A stretch of 64,000 bases of DNA. Origin: Oopsacas minuta (lineage: Eukaryota > Animalia > Porifera). The notes below the pieces were generated by a model. The model saw only the letters and a program-made list of their open reading frames with translations. It had not been told where the DNA came from and did no database searches. Of this stretch, positions 34,501 through 47,361 are shown piece after piece. Position 1 is the stretch's first letter, and every line of letters starts with the position of its first letter. The position numbers and the translations under genes were made by a program. Where the stretch lies: the NCBI GenBank assembly GCA_024704765.1, contig JAKMXF010000221.1, positions 248,001 to 312,000 of the forward strand, read 5' to 3'.

Positions 34501-37500
34501 TAATCTCCAGTTCAGCAGAAGCTTCCTTTAGCTTAGCACGCTTAGGAGCGACAGATTTCGCGACATGATGATACTTGTGCATAGCTCGTACCCATAAACA
34601 AATGGAGGTACAAGCGTGACTAACTTTCTCGATATTAGCTGGCGTGAATTCAGGATTATCAATATAGGGATTTACCCTTTGAATGACAGTTTCAGGTATG
34701 TTCTCTCTGTCATAGTCGTAGAGAGATTGAAGGAATTTGTCTGGATTAACGAGCAAACTCCTACTGCCATCCCAATAGTCATCGATCTTTATATCAGAGT
34801 TAAATCAATTGATTCCACTTACTTATATTTATCTAACTGACCTTTGAACCTGGCTTATCACCAGCAACTTTCTTGGGTCTTACGCCCTGCATGATACAAA
34901 CAGCCTCCATGACTAGCTTTACTCCACCAGGAGGATTGACAAATGCTCGGATCTCTACAATGTCATTTCTATTGAGAGCCTTCAAGCTTTGTACTGCTGC
35001 GTCTAAAGCAGGAAGAGCTTCGTCCAAATCTCTCTGAGCATCGTTCTTAATAGTCTCACACTCTGTAGCTTTAACTGAAGCACTAGCTTCTTCCTTCTCT
35101 ACGATGGCTTTAGTTTCGTTAGCAACGACTGAGTCTTTCTCGATCTGTACTAGAGTCTCTTCGGTTTCAATCTGCGCTTTTTCAAGCTGCGGTTTCATCT
35201 CCGCTAGCTCCTCTTGGAGTCCTGAGACTATCTCAGCAGTGGCGAGTAGCTTATCTAGACCTGTCTTAGTACGATTCCGTCCGTTAGCTAGTTCAGCCTT
35301 CTTCCCAGAAATAAGATTCTGAAACAACCCCAATAACTCCAAATAGCTAGTAGGTGTCACGTGGTTCTGTCTATTCAGCTCTACCATATACTGTCCTGAC
35401 TTCTGTACAACTGACTGGTGTATGTCTACACACACTTGCACTAATCCATCAGTTGAATCTAAGCTGGAGAATTCAGGCTGATCCTGCAGAAATGTTTGGG
35501 CTACAGATTTCAGTGCTCCATCGGGCCACTCGGAAAACCAGTCAATTGTACAGCAGTTGACGAGACTAGGGAATTTCCTTAGACGGGACCTGAACACTTC
35601 TCCTATCGGACTCATACAGATAACCATGTGGATATTAGCTCGTACTCTCTTTGTGTAAGCTGTAAATAGATTTGATTTTGTAGCCTGTTGGCCTGCATCT
35701 TGTACGACAGGCTTCATAACATCGAATATACGATCTAATTCTTCTGTGTTATATATGTTAGGGACATCTCCTGAACTGAGTACGTTGTTGAGATCTTCTA
35801 AGAAACTCTCACTCTTTATTTGTGTGTCGGAGAATAGGAATACAGAAGCTTTGTTCTCTAGTCCAGCTTTGAGGAGGACTGTTTTAACGTCTTCTCTCCA
35901 TTCCGTTAATCCATAATTCTTACTCAGTTCAATCTGGAAGCAGTCGTACTCAGCCATATGAGAGGCTAGTCTTGTCAGAGACTGTCTCCCTGATCCTCCC
36001 ACCCCCAGGAGAAGGGCGTTCCCCAGAGGCTGTCGAATTATACGAGATATACGACACACATGCTGCATAGCATCACTGAATAACACTAAGTCCATTTTGG
36101 GAGTGTTGACTTGATTATAATCGTCTAAATACTCGTCTAGAATAGCTGACAACTTATCATGATCTTGTATCTCTGTGTATTGCCGGTCTTCTTGGTTAGG
36201 AATCATAAAGTCTCCGTAGAATAATCTGTCAGTATTCAAAATTTCATCTGTTTCTATTTCAAACTCTTTGAAGCACTCTTTCATTCTATCACTGAACCAA
36301 TTTCTGTCTTCATCATTCACCAATCTGTCTTGGAATACACGACAACACTCATGATACCATAATCTAAGCAGGGTGGGGAGAGATAATATACGGTGTGGCT
36401 GCATCATCAGCATTCCCTGGAAAACCTTGCTCAAGTCTCGCAAGTTGAAAGTGTAGTGACTCTTGGCTGGAGTAGGCAAGAGCTCAGAAGTAATCGTTGA
36501 GTACACCGAGACAGTAGCTCTCACTAATTTATCTGTTAGCTCTCTTTTGTCTAGATGTAGCTTCGTGCAAATGTCCAGCCAAGCTCCCAGAATGGAGCAG
36601 AAGATGGTAGACTTAGAGCTGTCTTCAAGCTCAGTGAAAGAAATAAAATTGAAATGTCTGAGTAGTCTGGGAGTAGTAGGGTTCCTGCCTCCACCAGTCG
36701 GACCAATAGCACATATAAAGTTCATATCTACAAGGTTCCTAAATGCCCCTACAGCTTTCCTATCATACCAACCCTTATGGTCCATCCACTGCCTGACCAG
36801 CTCAATCGGGGGCTGAGCTCCGAACTTCTCAAGAGCTGGCATATTCAAGTCATCGATGAAAAAGACGTATCTCTTCCCTAGTAATGCATTAATGCAATTG
36901 ATAGTAATAGGAATATTATAATATCAAGTTTAATTATAATGTTCTTACCTAGAGGAGGACCGAATACTCCTTTCCTCCTCTTATCTAGTTTATTGTCTAT
37001 TATGTCCTGTGTTTGATTAGCACTAGTTTGTGCTGAGAAATTTAATATGTGAGCGAGATATTCCTTCGGCATAGTTCTGAGCAGTTTATCAACTGCACAC
37101 AGTGTCTTGCCAGTTCCAGTTGGTCCCACACACATGACTGTTTTCTTGTTTGTAAGCAATAACTCTATCAGGTAGTTGGAGCGTATTGTGTCTTGTGTAG
37201 GAACAATTATATCTGAATATCTCATGTAAGGATCAATCTAGAAGAAATATTGATTCAAATGTGGGTATAATTTTGATGGAGTATAAATTACCTTATGAGG
37301 CGGTAGGTTATCCATCCAAGTAATCCATTGAATTGTTCCTTTCTTTATCTCTGCTTCCTCTTCTTCGTTCTTCTCCATCACGCTGGCTCCTCCGTCATCT
37401 AATTTGTAATCGTACACTAATCCTTCTTTTGGGAATATTAGGTTGAATCCTTCCTCATTCATTATTCCCCTCACATACTCGTCAAATAAGGCACGTCCGT

Positions 37501-40500
37501 CTTTCTCACAAGTAGCTCCCATTGTCCAGATGAGGGAGAAGATGAACCAGGATTCATACAGGTCTGCTATCATACCCACTTTCTCTTGAATAATAACTCC
37601 TCCTATAGGAAGAATTGTACCTATTAATTATACTGATACACTATACATAATTCGAACAAACCTTCTACAATGATAAATGGCTTGAAAAAGCACTCCAACA
37701 TTTTCAACAGACTAAACACTAAGTTAGCATCTGTAGTAGCAACAATCTCTTTAATCTTTCCTCGGACGAAGTTAACAGTTTTCTGTACGAATTTATCCAA
37801 AAGCTTAGACAGAGCTGGTAAGTATTGATGGAGATGTTTCAGTGTTTTGTCTTTGCTATTCTTTTGTATCCAAGATTTCACGAAGGGAGCTAAACCAATG
37901 AGACTAGGCTCTAAGTATACCATTCCACATCTACTTACGGTTGCTGGGCTAGCTACAGCTAAATCCATAACCTCAAACATGAGAGTCATTTCTTCTGTTA
38001 GTTTTATTATCTCACCACTAGTAAGACATAACTTTTTGTTGTCGTCTAACACTGTATTCATGCTCTCTATCCATAAAGTGTCAACTGGACCATCGAACAC
38101 AAACCACTTTTTGTCAGGTGTGTCTGCAGCTACACCCTGTCTCACCAGGGTACTCAATAGTCCATCTGTCCACTCGTGTGTAAGAGGATCGAATTCCCCA
38201 TAGAGCTGACCCATAGTAATGGATTTGGGGTTCAATACAAATGTGAAGACTTCCTATGAAATTATGTAAATACAACATTTCTCTATAATAATAATAATTT
38301 TATACTAACTTCGTAAGGCTGTCCACTGGATGACATCTGTCCCTTGAGACTAGTGAGAGCAGCCCTGAGTACTTCATAGCACTTAGTCTTAGCAGAAGCA
38401 GTAGGTCCTACCAGCATAAGCCCGTGTCTAACTACTGTAGTCTCGTATAACTGAATACACTTCACAACGAACTCATCTACATCCTGTAGACCTTGTGCTA
38501 TAGAGGATTTCCTAATCTCAGATTCCAGATCTCCATAGTCCACTGCTTCGTCCCTCACGTGAGGAAACAGATCTGATACAATTCCATTGAACAGTTTCAA
38601 GTCATCTCTCAAGAATTTAGGGACATTTGCCTCTCTAATAGCTCTCAGGAGGATCAGTTCTTCGTCCATCTCTGGGTGTTCTCTCTTTAAGTTACCTGCA
38701 GCAGAGATTACAGTCTTCACTGCTCTCATCCCGAAGTCATAATGATCCTACATAAATATTATTCAAATAAAAACACTCGTTAATATTAATTCTATGCAGA
38801 TACTTACCTGTGTACTGAGTTGTTCAGAGGATAATTTGAAGGTTGTTACTATCTTCTTTGATAGAACTTTAGCTCCAGAGAAGCCAAACGAGAAGAGAGA
38901 GATTTGAGCAATTAGACCGTAATCAGGTACCATCATGGCGACCGGTCTGAATAGAGCCTTCAAGTTGTCAGGTAACTCAGTTCTTCCCGCGTAGCCTGGA
39001 TTCATAGTGACAAAAACCGCGCATGACCGTTTGAGTGAGAGTTCTATTCCCTCAAACCAGAACCTATCTAGATTTTGCATTTGTGCTTTTTGTATTGTCG
39101 TTATTTGCTGAGCAACTACAGACAACACTTCTATATCAATTCTGTTAAATTCATCGAAACATGCCCAAGCTCCTGCACTAGCTAGTCCTTTGAAGAATTT
39201 GCCCATAGCCATGAAGTCCAGCTGATCAGAGCAGTTGAACACTACACACTGAATCGCCATTGCTTTCGCGAGATCTTTAGTTGTCTCAGTTTTTCCTGTA
39301 CCTGCTGGTCCAGCTGGAGCTCCCCCAAATCTTAGATGTAGAGCCCCAGTCAGAGTCAGGTAGCATCTACACAAAGGATAATTAACTACAAGTAAACAGT
39401 TGATACTCCATATACCACATACCTGTCTGTAAGTGGGGTTATAACGAGCCTACCGGTGTTACCTAGGTACTCGTATCCGTAGTTAAACATTGCATTGACA
39501 GCTCGCATAATGATGTCATCTTCCCAGTAATAACGCAGCTGAGAGATCCACTCAAATGCACTGACATCTTTGACTCCCTCCCCTCTCATAGTCTCTACCA
39601 CGTCTCTAGCATGTACTTCTATTACAATCAATGCTGACATTATCGACCGTTGCATTCTAGTTAGTTTCCCTCTCACTAATTTCACCAAGTCTTCAAGTTG
39701 AGCAAGCAGCTGATCACAATACGGATCTAGACTACCTTTCTCAAGAGCCTGAGTAACCTCTCTCGTCCAGAAGGTCTGACAACCAGCAATCACTACCTAT
39801 ACACAATATACAATATAACGTCAGTAATACAAGTTATAATATTGTATGCTAACCTGTCCAGGCCAGCTCAGAACCCATTCACAGCGTGGAGTATTAGGGT
39901 AGCATTCTAGTGCCCGTTTGATGCTATCTCTGACTGAGCTCCTCATGACCCTCTCTACCTCCAACATCCAAAACTCTACGTTCCCCTTGGGGTAGAGCGG
40001 TTCACATAGTGGGACCATCTCTCCATCACCTGACCACATCTCAGACATACGGAGGTCTTTTTCAAATGTGAGTCTAGCCACATTCTCGAAACACTTCCTG
40101 AGGTGAGGCTGTACTGCTGTAGGGTCTTTTGTCTGAGATAAAATCTGGAGGAGTTCTTCATCTGATAAGAAATAGAATCGAGGGAAAGCACATCTTTTCG
40201 TCTCCAAATACTCACTCAACCCTTTCTGTACCTAATTAACAGCATTCGTTATAAACTGCTAATATAAGAGATAGAATTAGCAGCTAACCTGCTCTAGTAA
40301 CTTATTGCATTCTCTCAGATTCTCTAGGAGTTTAACGTCAGGACACAATTTGATAACTTTGGGATTCGTTTTAGCAGAATTCATTATTTTACGCCACATC
40401 CTCTCCATAGTCTGATAACGCTTGCTCTCTACGGGTAGCTGCTGGTTGATATCTTCAGAGCTGAAGATAGGCTCCAGATAAAGCCATTGTCTCTGACATA

Positions 40501-43500
40501 ACTGCCAGTCCTCAATAACATCCTGTGTTATACACAGCTTATTCTCCCAGCTAGCTATACGAAGCTCAAACGGCTTCTTGTAAGGGGAGAAGGACATTGA
40601 TTGCGTCATCACTATGTGATCGTCTAACAGCTGTCCAGCATCTTCTCCCGCTCTCATTATATACGTGCCTATAGATTAACATTAGAAGCACTGTATCCTA
40701 TTGTGAAATATTATAGATTTCTTACCAGTAGTTTTGTATGACAAAATATCCAACAGCTGAGGCTCCCATTCCTGTTCCATCTTGTCTAAGGCTTGTTCTA
40801 TTGAGAATTCCTTAGAAGCAATCTCTGCTATCTTAGTTATCTCGTTGATATGGTTCTGAAGTCCCATTTCTAGACATTTTGAGAATGTGAGACTGGGTTT
40901 AGGTTTGATTACGAAGCCGAGCTGGTTGGATAGCTGTTCCCAATGTCTGTTCCTCATTCCTGGATTCCTCAGACTCTGTATAAGGGGTAGGAAAGGTCTG
41001 AACTTTTCAATTTCACCTTTGATCTCTTCGGCTACTTCTAAACATCCCTTGATATCCTAACAAACAAAATAGAGTAATAACAAATCAACAAATGTATAAA
41101 TGATAAATACTAACTTTGAAGGTTTTAGTGCATTTGTGTATAGATTTGAAATATATCATAACTTTCTGCTCAAGCTCTTCAGGGTTAATATCCATGAGAG
41201 AGTTATTCATCCATATATCATGGTTGTTACGCCACTCAGCTGTATTCGACCAGAGATTCTTAAATGGATCAAACTCCCTGAATAATCTTGATAGCTTGTC
41301 GTATTGAGTGACTTGTAAGGCGAACAGTCTTTCTCTGCTCTGGTATAGCTGGGAGTTCTCTTGACACTCTTTAAGAGAGCGTTCAATACGTCGAACCTTA
41401 CAGAAAATTGGTAATATAAATTCAGATATTGAAATAGTGAATAACTATATAGTATAGAGGTTATTACCCTGACTGCAGTATCCTGTGCTTTAGATATATC
41501 CTGATAACAAGAGAAGTTACTAATCTCAGAATCTAGTTCATCTAACTTATCCTCCAGCTTAGTCTGATCAGTTGATAGATTCTTCCTGAAATGTTCATCA
41601 TCTTTATTCAAGGTATCCTCAGCTTGCTCCATTTCCTCTACGAGGCGAGATGGCCATGCTACAACATCCCATCTAGTGTCAAAGTCATCTTGACAGAGAG
41701 TAAAGTAGAACTCTTCTAACAAGTTAAAACCAAGTATTGATTTCTCAATCACGCTTTGTCTCTCCTGAGAATTATAAACATTAAAACTTATCAAATTGAA
41801 CAACACTGAATACAATCAAAAGTAAGGAATATTTACCTGTAGGAGCTCTGGAATGGTAGATAGATATTCTCTCTGTTCCATCAGCTCTTCAGGTGAATTA
41901 GGTCTAGTGTGAATCTTCTGAGAAACTTCTCTAAACTCGTCACAAATCTTCTCACATTGATTACGTAGAGTATCGCAGAGAACTGTTAAGAGACGCCTTA
42001 CAATATTTTTCTTCTTCAAGATTAGCTCTCCACGGATTGTTTCTGTGTTCACATAGAACGGACCAATGATAATGTTAGCTGGAATGCTAGCATCAATAAC
42101 TTCCTTCTCTTTAAGATGTTTATCAATCTCTGTCTTAATCTGCTGAGCAGTCTTCTCCTCTTCCATGAACTCACTGATATACTCGTTAATATCCAGTCTA
42201 TGTAACAGCATATACTGCTCGTATCTAGCTGCATACGCTCTTAGTGATATAAAGCTGTGAGTAATCGCACTGCATATTCTTTCTCTCCGTTTACATACCA
42301 GTGGTTCTCTACTACCAACAGACTCTAATAATGGAGCATTTCCCTTCCAGAACAATCTCTCCATTATACGCTTCTCAAGCTGAGGAATAGCCTGAAGAAA
42401 AATCAATCAAATTAGTTCATAATTAAATAATCAAGTAGTATATGGTTGTACCTGTGTGACATCTATTCCCTTATTGAAACAGCTGACTAGAACTCTTTCA
42501 AAATCAGATAATTCGTTAGAGTATGCTGGTCCTTCATCGTGTAGCTCCAGCTCAATCAGGAAGATTGGTCCCTTGAGGGGTGTGAAGGGAGAGTTGAAGA
42601 TATCGCTGGGCCATGAAAAGTCAGACTCCATACCTTCTAGACTCAATACTGACGTCATCACCATTTCACAGTAAGAATCCAGTGACCATTCAATTAAATA
42701 CCTAACAAATATCCTCACATATAACATACAGTACTAATAGCTATTAGTTAATCTCTCACCTTATAGCATCCTGCATAGAGAATCTAACCACATTCATAAG
42801 TTTCTTCATCTTAGAGACGAGGTAGACATCCCATTGAGACTCTTCTAGGTTATACGCCCCTTTATTGTGTCCTCTCAAACAGCTGAGGATATCTGAGACT
42901 ATCTTATTACTCCATTCTTGCATTAAGTAGGTCTGTATATGAACACATTGTTGTACCTGTTATGAAAGAGATAAGTTAAGTCATTATTCAGTTAATAATG
43001 TATCTCAATGGTGTCAAACCTGTAATTGCTCAAACTCATCAACTTTAAGAGGCTTAGTTGGCGAGGTGTTAAACAACAACATGTCATAAGTCTTATTACA
43101 TTCACGCTTAACACATACATGAGCCTTCACTGCTTCTACTGACGTCATCATAGTGAGGAACATGAATTTCTGAGATTGTGATTTATATGGATAATGTGGT
43201 ACATCAGAGTACTTGCCTGTGTCAGGAGTAGCTAGTTCTTCATCTTTGGGGATACATACGTAAGGAAATGTATTAGGATGCAGATGTACTGTCCTAAAGG
43301 GTTAGAGTAGATTAATGAGTAAATGTTAATTAGATTACTTAAAATCTTACTTGTCAAATATAATCCTATTCATAGCTCTACGGTGATCTAGCTTAGCTTG
43401 TCTCTTCAGTTTATTCAGACATCCCTGTAGCAGATCTTTGTCCTTCAGACCCGGAGTATTGAGTGCCCAACAAGCTATCTTGTCTAAACTCTTGACCTCA

Positions 43501-45146
43501 AGAGTGCAGTCAGCCTCTTTACAAGGCATATAGTCTATGTATAGGTGGTATCTAAATGATGTAGGGTTAATATTCGAATACCGCGAAATTTAACAGTAAA
43601 GGGAGACAACTAACCTTAAATGAGCTTCTGTCAGCCTTCTGTCCTGAATAGCCTGTACTACCCTATTAGCAAACATCTGAGGATCTTCTGCTAAGAATAG
43701 AAGATGTATTCTAGGTATCCAGTAGGTTATGTGATCACCTTTGTCCTCTACTGACGTCACAATTCGTTTCAGTTTCCTTTTCAGTTTAATTGGTTTCCCA
43801 TTCTCAGTTTCTTTATGATTTGTTGTGTTTTCATCTTGAATAGTGATAAATCGTAAAATAATATTTGAAGATTGTTTCAATATTATTAAACAATACCTGA
43901 TAATTCAATAGAAGATCCATTTGTCTCTGTGCTTCCACCGTTTATAGGTTTAGGCTGTACTTCCTGTTTGATGTTATTTGTTTCTTCTAACTTCTCAGAA
44001 CCTGTAGAGCTCTCTTCTCTTTCTCCTTCTTCTGTAGCTGCTTGTATGCCATTCTCCTCAGCTAGGGACTGTGGTATTACTGCTCTCTTCACTAGATACC
44101 TCTTAGTAGCTGGACAATAATCCAGGACACCAACTTCTACCCACTCATAGTAAGGGGGACCTTCCACCTCCGCAGGGTTAGAGTATCCGTCTAGGACAGG
44201 CAGTGGGGACATGAGACTATGTCTAGACGAGGATTGGGAGAGAGGGATCGGGTCTAGAGGAGTCCGAGCACCAGAACGAAGCGATCTAATTATAAATAAA
44301 ATTCGATTAGTATAAGAATAAATCAGGTATTTATACAAACCGTGAGCTTCCAGGTCTAGACATATAGTCTTCATCTTGTGTAAGACTGAGAGGACGTGAA
44401 GATATAGAGGGCGGGTCTATATCAGGGAGTAGAGCTCTACCAGGGATAGGTTTACAAACCAAATCTCCTTGCTTCGAGTTCTCAAGTCCTAATTCCATCC
44501 ACTCTTGGGGAGTACGTGGGTCAAACGATTCGTTATCAAAACACTCCAGAGGTAGGAAGGAAGGAAAGTTCCAGGAGCCAGGTCTGGGCTTGGAGGAGGC
44601 GGTAGCATTCGGTACCAGTCGTTTAGACTCCTCCCCCTGTTCTTCTATCAAGTCTGTGATGTGATGTCTCGCATACTCACGTCTCCTCCTTTCCATCTCA
44701 ACTTTACGAGGAGTCTGTCCACTCAGCACATGGTAAGGTACCTGACATAAGAATGTTAATAATTGATCTATTGGAAGATTAACTCAGATCCTTACCTGCA
44801 CCTTAGGATCCCAAGCCCTCTTCGCATAGTCAGTCTTACCCAGCAGCTCAGTAGAAGGTCCGTACTTCTGTCTGTCCAATAGCATATTGAACTCGTCTGG
44901 AGGAGGAACATTGAAAGTGAGCGGGTTTGGGGTGTGGTGAGGAGAACTCGCCTTCTTTACGAGACTGTCTCCTTTCTTTGCTCTTGCAATCTGCTTCTGA
45001 CTGACAGCAGGCAGTCGTCTATCAGGGTCCGGGTTGATTACGTCAGAGTAGTACCCGCGTTGTTGTGTCATAGCAGTAGGTATAGGGAAAGAGTTGGCGG
45101 AACTTCGGCTCCTGGGGGTCCGGGGGTAGCGCCGATATTGACTCAT
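28557..45146 (-). CDS. DNAH1: Axonemal inner-arm dynein heavy chain 1
   Basis: 34 exons and 33 GT-AG introns traced by eye. 32 introns are 53-74 nt and one is 1693 nt (29599-31291). The spliced CDS is 12981 nt (4326 aa). N-terminal [21 protein letters not shown]; AAA1 [49 protein letters not shown]; C-terminus [15 protein letters not shown]. Confidence 0.93.
29599..31291 (-). other. DNAH1 intron 31 (1693 nt) hosting the KYNU gene
   Basis: Minus-strand donor TTCCAG|GTCTGT at 31291 and acceptor CTACAACAG|CTATTG at 29599; splicing gives AQSETFQ|LLDGIV in frame. Confidence 0.85.
29650..31201 (+). CDS. KYNU: Kynureninase (PLP-dependent), nested antisense in DNAH1 intron 31
   Basis: Exons 29650-29904, 29961-30661, 30718-30911, 30960-31201 give 463 aa; [34 protein letters not shown] (PLP Lys), [21 protein letters not shown]. 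Confidence 0.93.
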
Positions 45147-45287
45147 AGTCAGTTACAACCAGAACTTGCTAAGAATTCACCAAAAAAGATAAAACAACAG
45201 AAAATGTAATTAGCAAATAAACTAAAATGACAACATTTATAGAATTACAGACAATACCATATTTGGTGATCAAAATAAACACAATTG

Positions 45288-45701
45288 TCACTTGAGTATG
45301 TCTTCTATGTATTTTACAAATGATGGAAAGTGTATCTTGTCTCCAGGTTGATAGAAAGGATTATACATCAGCTGAGCGTAAGATCTATGCAGCTGTTTGA
45401 ATAGAGTCTTCACTTCTTGGTCAATGTTCTGACTCGTGTTCTCTGTCATAACTAATATCTTTATTTTGGAGTTAGTGACGTAACCGTATATCTTATACTG
45501 CTCTGTCGGGTAGAGCTGACCTAGATAGAGTTCTCGCTGATCTACACCAGTACTTCGAACCGTCAGCTTCTCCTCTATGACGTCAAGAGAGGAGTGAGCA
45601 AGAAACATGAGATCGAGTTCTGAAGACTTGTACGCAGTAGATGTCTGCATCAAGAGAGGCGAGTTCTCGTTGGATATAATCGCAATACATACGGGGTTCA
45701 T
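45288..45701 (-). CDS. TRAPPC2L: TRAPP complex subunit 2-like (sedlin family)
   Basis: 137 aa; CIAIISNENSPL, HSSLDVIEEK, LYLGQLYPTEQYKIYGYVTNSKIK, YNPFY. Confidence 0.92.
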   Translation of the reverse strand: MNPVCIAIISNENSPLLMQTSTAYKSSELDLMFLAHSSLDVIEEKLTVRSTGVDQRELYLGQLYPTEQYKIYGYVTNSKIKILVMTENTSQNIDQEVKTLFKQLHRSYAQLMYNPFYQPGDKIHFPSFVKYIEDILK

Positions 45702-45885
45702 GGCAAGATGCTAATTTCAAGCATAAATCGCTGTAAATAGGAAAATATTCGTACGTACTATGAATTAGTAAGAAATTGAAAGTATTGAGAATCCAATTTA
45801 GTTTTGTAAATACAGAGCAGAGGTGATTATCTATTCTGCATTTGTAATTATTTGTTGAATATGTATATCCAGTACAGTTATTAGC
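45702..45885. promoter_or_regulatory. Probable bidirectional promoter between divergent TRAPPC2L and KAT8
   Basis: Only 184 nt separate the two head-to-head start codons. No specific motif identified. Confidence 0.5.
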
Positions 45886-47199
45886 ATGAGTGAATGCGAG
45901 ATGGTTAGCACTTCAGCTCCAGCTGTCTCGTCTATCCAACCCAGCTCCTCTCAAGAAAAGAAAGAGAGCTCTGCCATAACTCTAGGCTCCATGTACTGGA
46001 TACAGCGTAAAGAGGAAGAATGGTGTCTAGGAGAGGTAATAGAGAGTAGAATACATCCTGATACTCTGAAGCAAGAATACTATGTACACTATAAGGACTT
46101 TGATAGACGGCTAGATGAATGGGTGATGGTCGATAGAGTGGATACAGCAAGAAACCCAGTAGAAGTAGTCATGACTGTAACGCCATCAACCCCTGAAGCC
46201 AACACACATCCAGAGAGGAAAATGACTCGCACACTAAAGAGGAAGCATGAAGAATCTAACAATCTTCAACCCATACTTATGGAACGAAGCGGTGATGATT
46301 CTAATGCTTTAGCTCTTGAAAAGGAACATGAGAATATTACAAAAGTAAAATACATAGACAAGGTTGTGTTCGGTAAGTATGAAATAGATGTTTGGTACTA
46401 CAGCCCTTATCCAGAGGAGTACAGCAAATTGAATAGACTATTTATCTGTCAGTATTGTCTCAAGTACATGCGTTACGAGAGGTCTCTACGGGAACACAGC
46501 ATCTCGTGTGAACATAGACAACCTCCCGGACAAGAAATATATAGAAAAGGACCTGTATCTGTGTTTGAAGCTGATGGTTTACATCATAAGCTGTATTGCC
46601 AATGCTTGTGTTTGTTAGCAAAGTTATTTCTAGACCACAAGACCCTATTCTTTGATGTTGAACCATTTCTGTTCTATCTACTGACAGAGGTAGATAAAGA
46701 AGGGTGTCATTTGGTTGGTTATTTCTCTAAAGAAAAGGAGAGTCCAGAGGGGAACAACATAGCATGTCTCCTTGTGTTACCACCATACCAACGTAAGGGG
46801 TATGGTAAGTTCCTGATTTCTCTGAGTTATGAGTTGAGTAAATTGGAGAATGTAGCAGGCTCTCCTGAGAAGCCACTATCTGACCTAGGTAAGCTGACCT
46901 ATCGCTCTTATTGGTCCTGGGTACTGCTTAATATTCTGAAAGAAGCAAGAGGAGTACTCACAATTCGAGAACTCAGTGACACAACAGCTGTCACACAAGA
47001 AGATATTATCAGTACTCTACAGTCTCTCAATATTGTCAAATACTGGAAAGGACAGCATGTGATATGTGTAACACCAAAACAGGTTGAAGAGATTATCCGT
47101 TCCTCTCAATACAAACCTCCCCTGCTTGTAGTAGACCCTGATTCTCTGAGATGGCAATCTACTCCCACCAAGAAGGTTAAGACTCCTCGAAAAACTTAG
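45886..47199 (+). CDS. KAT8: MYST histone acetyltransferase KAT8/MOF
   Basis: 437 aa single exon; chromobarrel [17 protein letters not shown]2HC finger, [15 protein letters not shown] (MOF-type rather than Tip60-type), [20 protein letters not shown]. Confidence 0.93.
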   Translation: MSECEMVSTSAPAVSSIQPSSSQEKKESSAITLGSMYWIQRKEEEWCLGEVIESRIHPDTLKQEYYVHYKDFDRRLDEWVMVDRVDTARNPVEVVMTVTPSTPEANTHPERKMTRTLKRKHEESNNLQPILMERSGDDSNALALEKEHENITKVKYIDKVVFGKYEIDVWYYSPYPEEYSKLNRLFICQYCLKYMRYERSLREHSISCEHRQPPGQEIYRKGPVSVFEADGLHHKLYCQCLCLLAKLFLDHKTLFFDVEPFLFYLLTEVDKEGCHLVGYFSKEKESPEGNNIACLLVLPPYQRKGYGKFLISLSYELSKLENVAGSPEKPLSDLGKLTYRSYWSWVLLNILKEARGVLTIRELSDTTAVTQEDIISTLQSLNIVKYWKGQHVICVTPKQVEEIIRSSQYKPPLLVVDPDSLRWQSTPTKKVKTPRKT

Positions 47200-47361
47200 T
47201 TTGTTTGATTTAACAATTAATTATATCTTTATTGCAATTTAAGTTATGTCCTTATTTATAATTTACACATTCTATATTTCCTAACACTAAATTACTTTAA
47301 TAAACATGTAAACACCAACATCTTCCATAGGAGTACTCACCATTAAATTACCTAATCGTAA

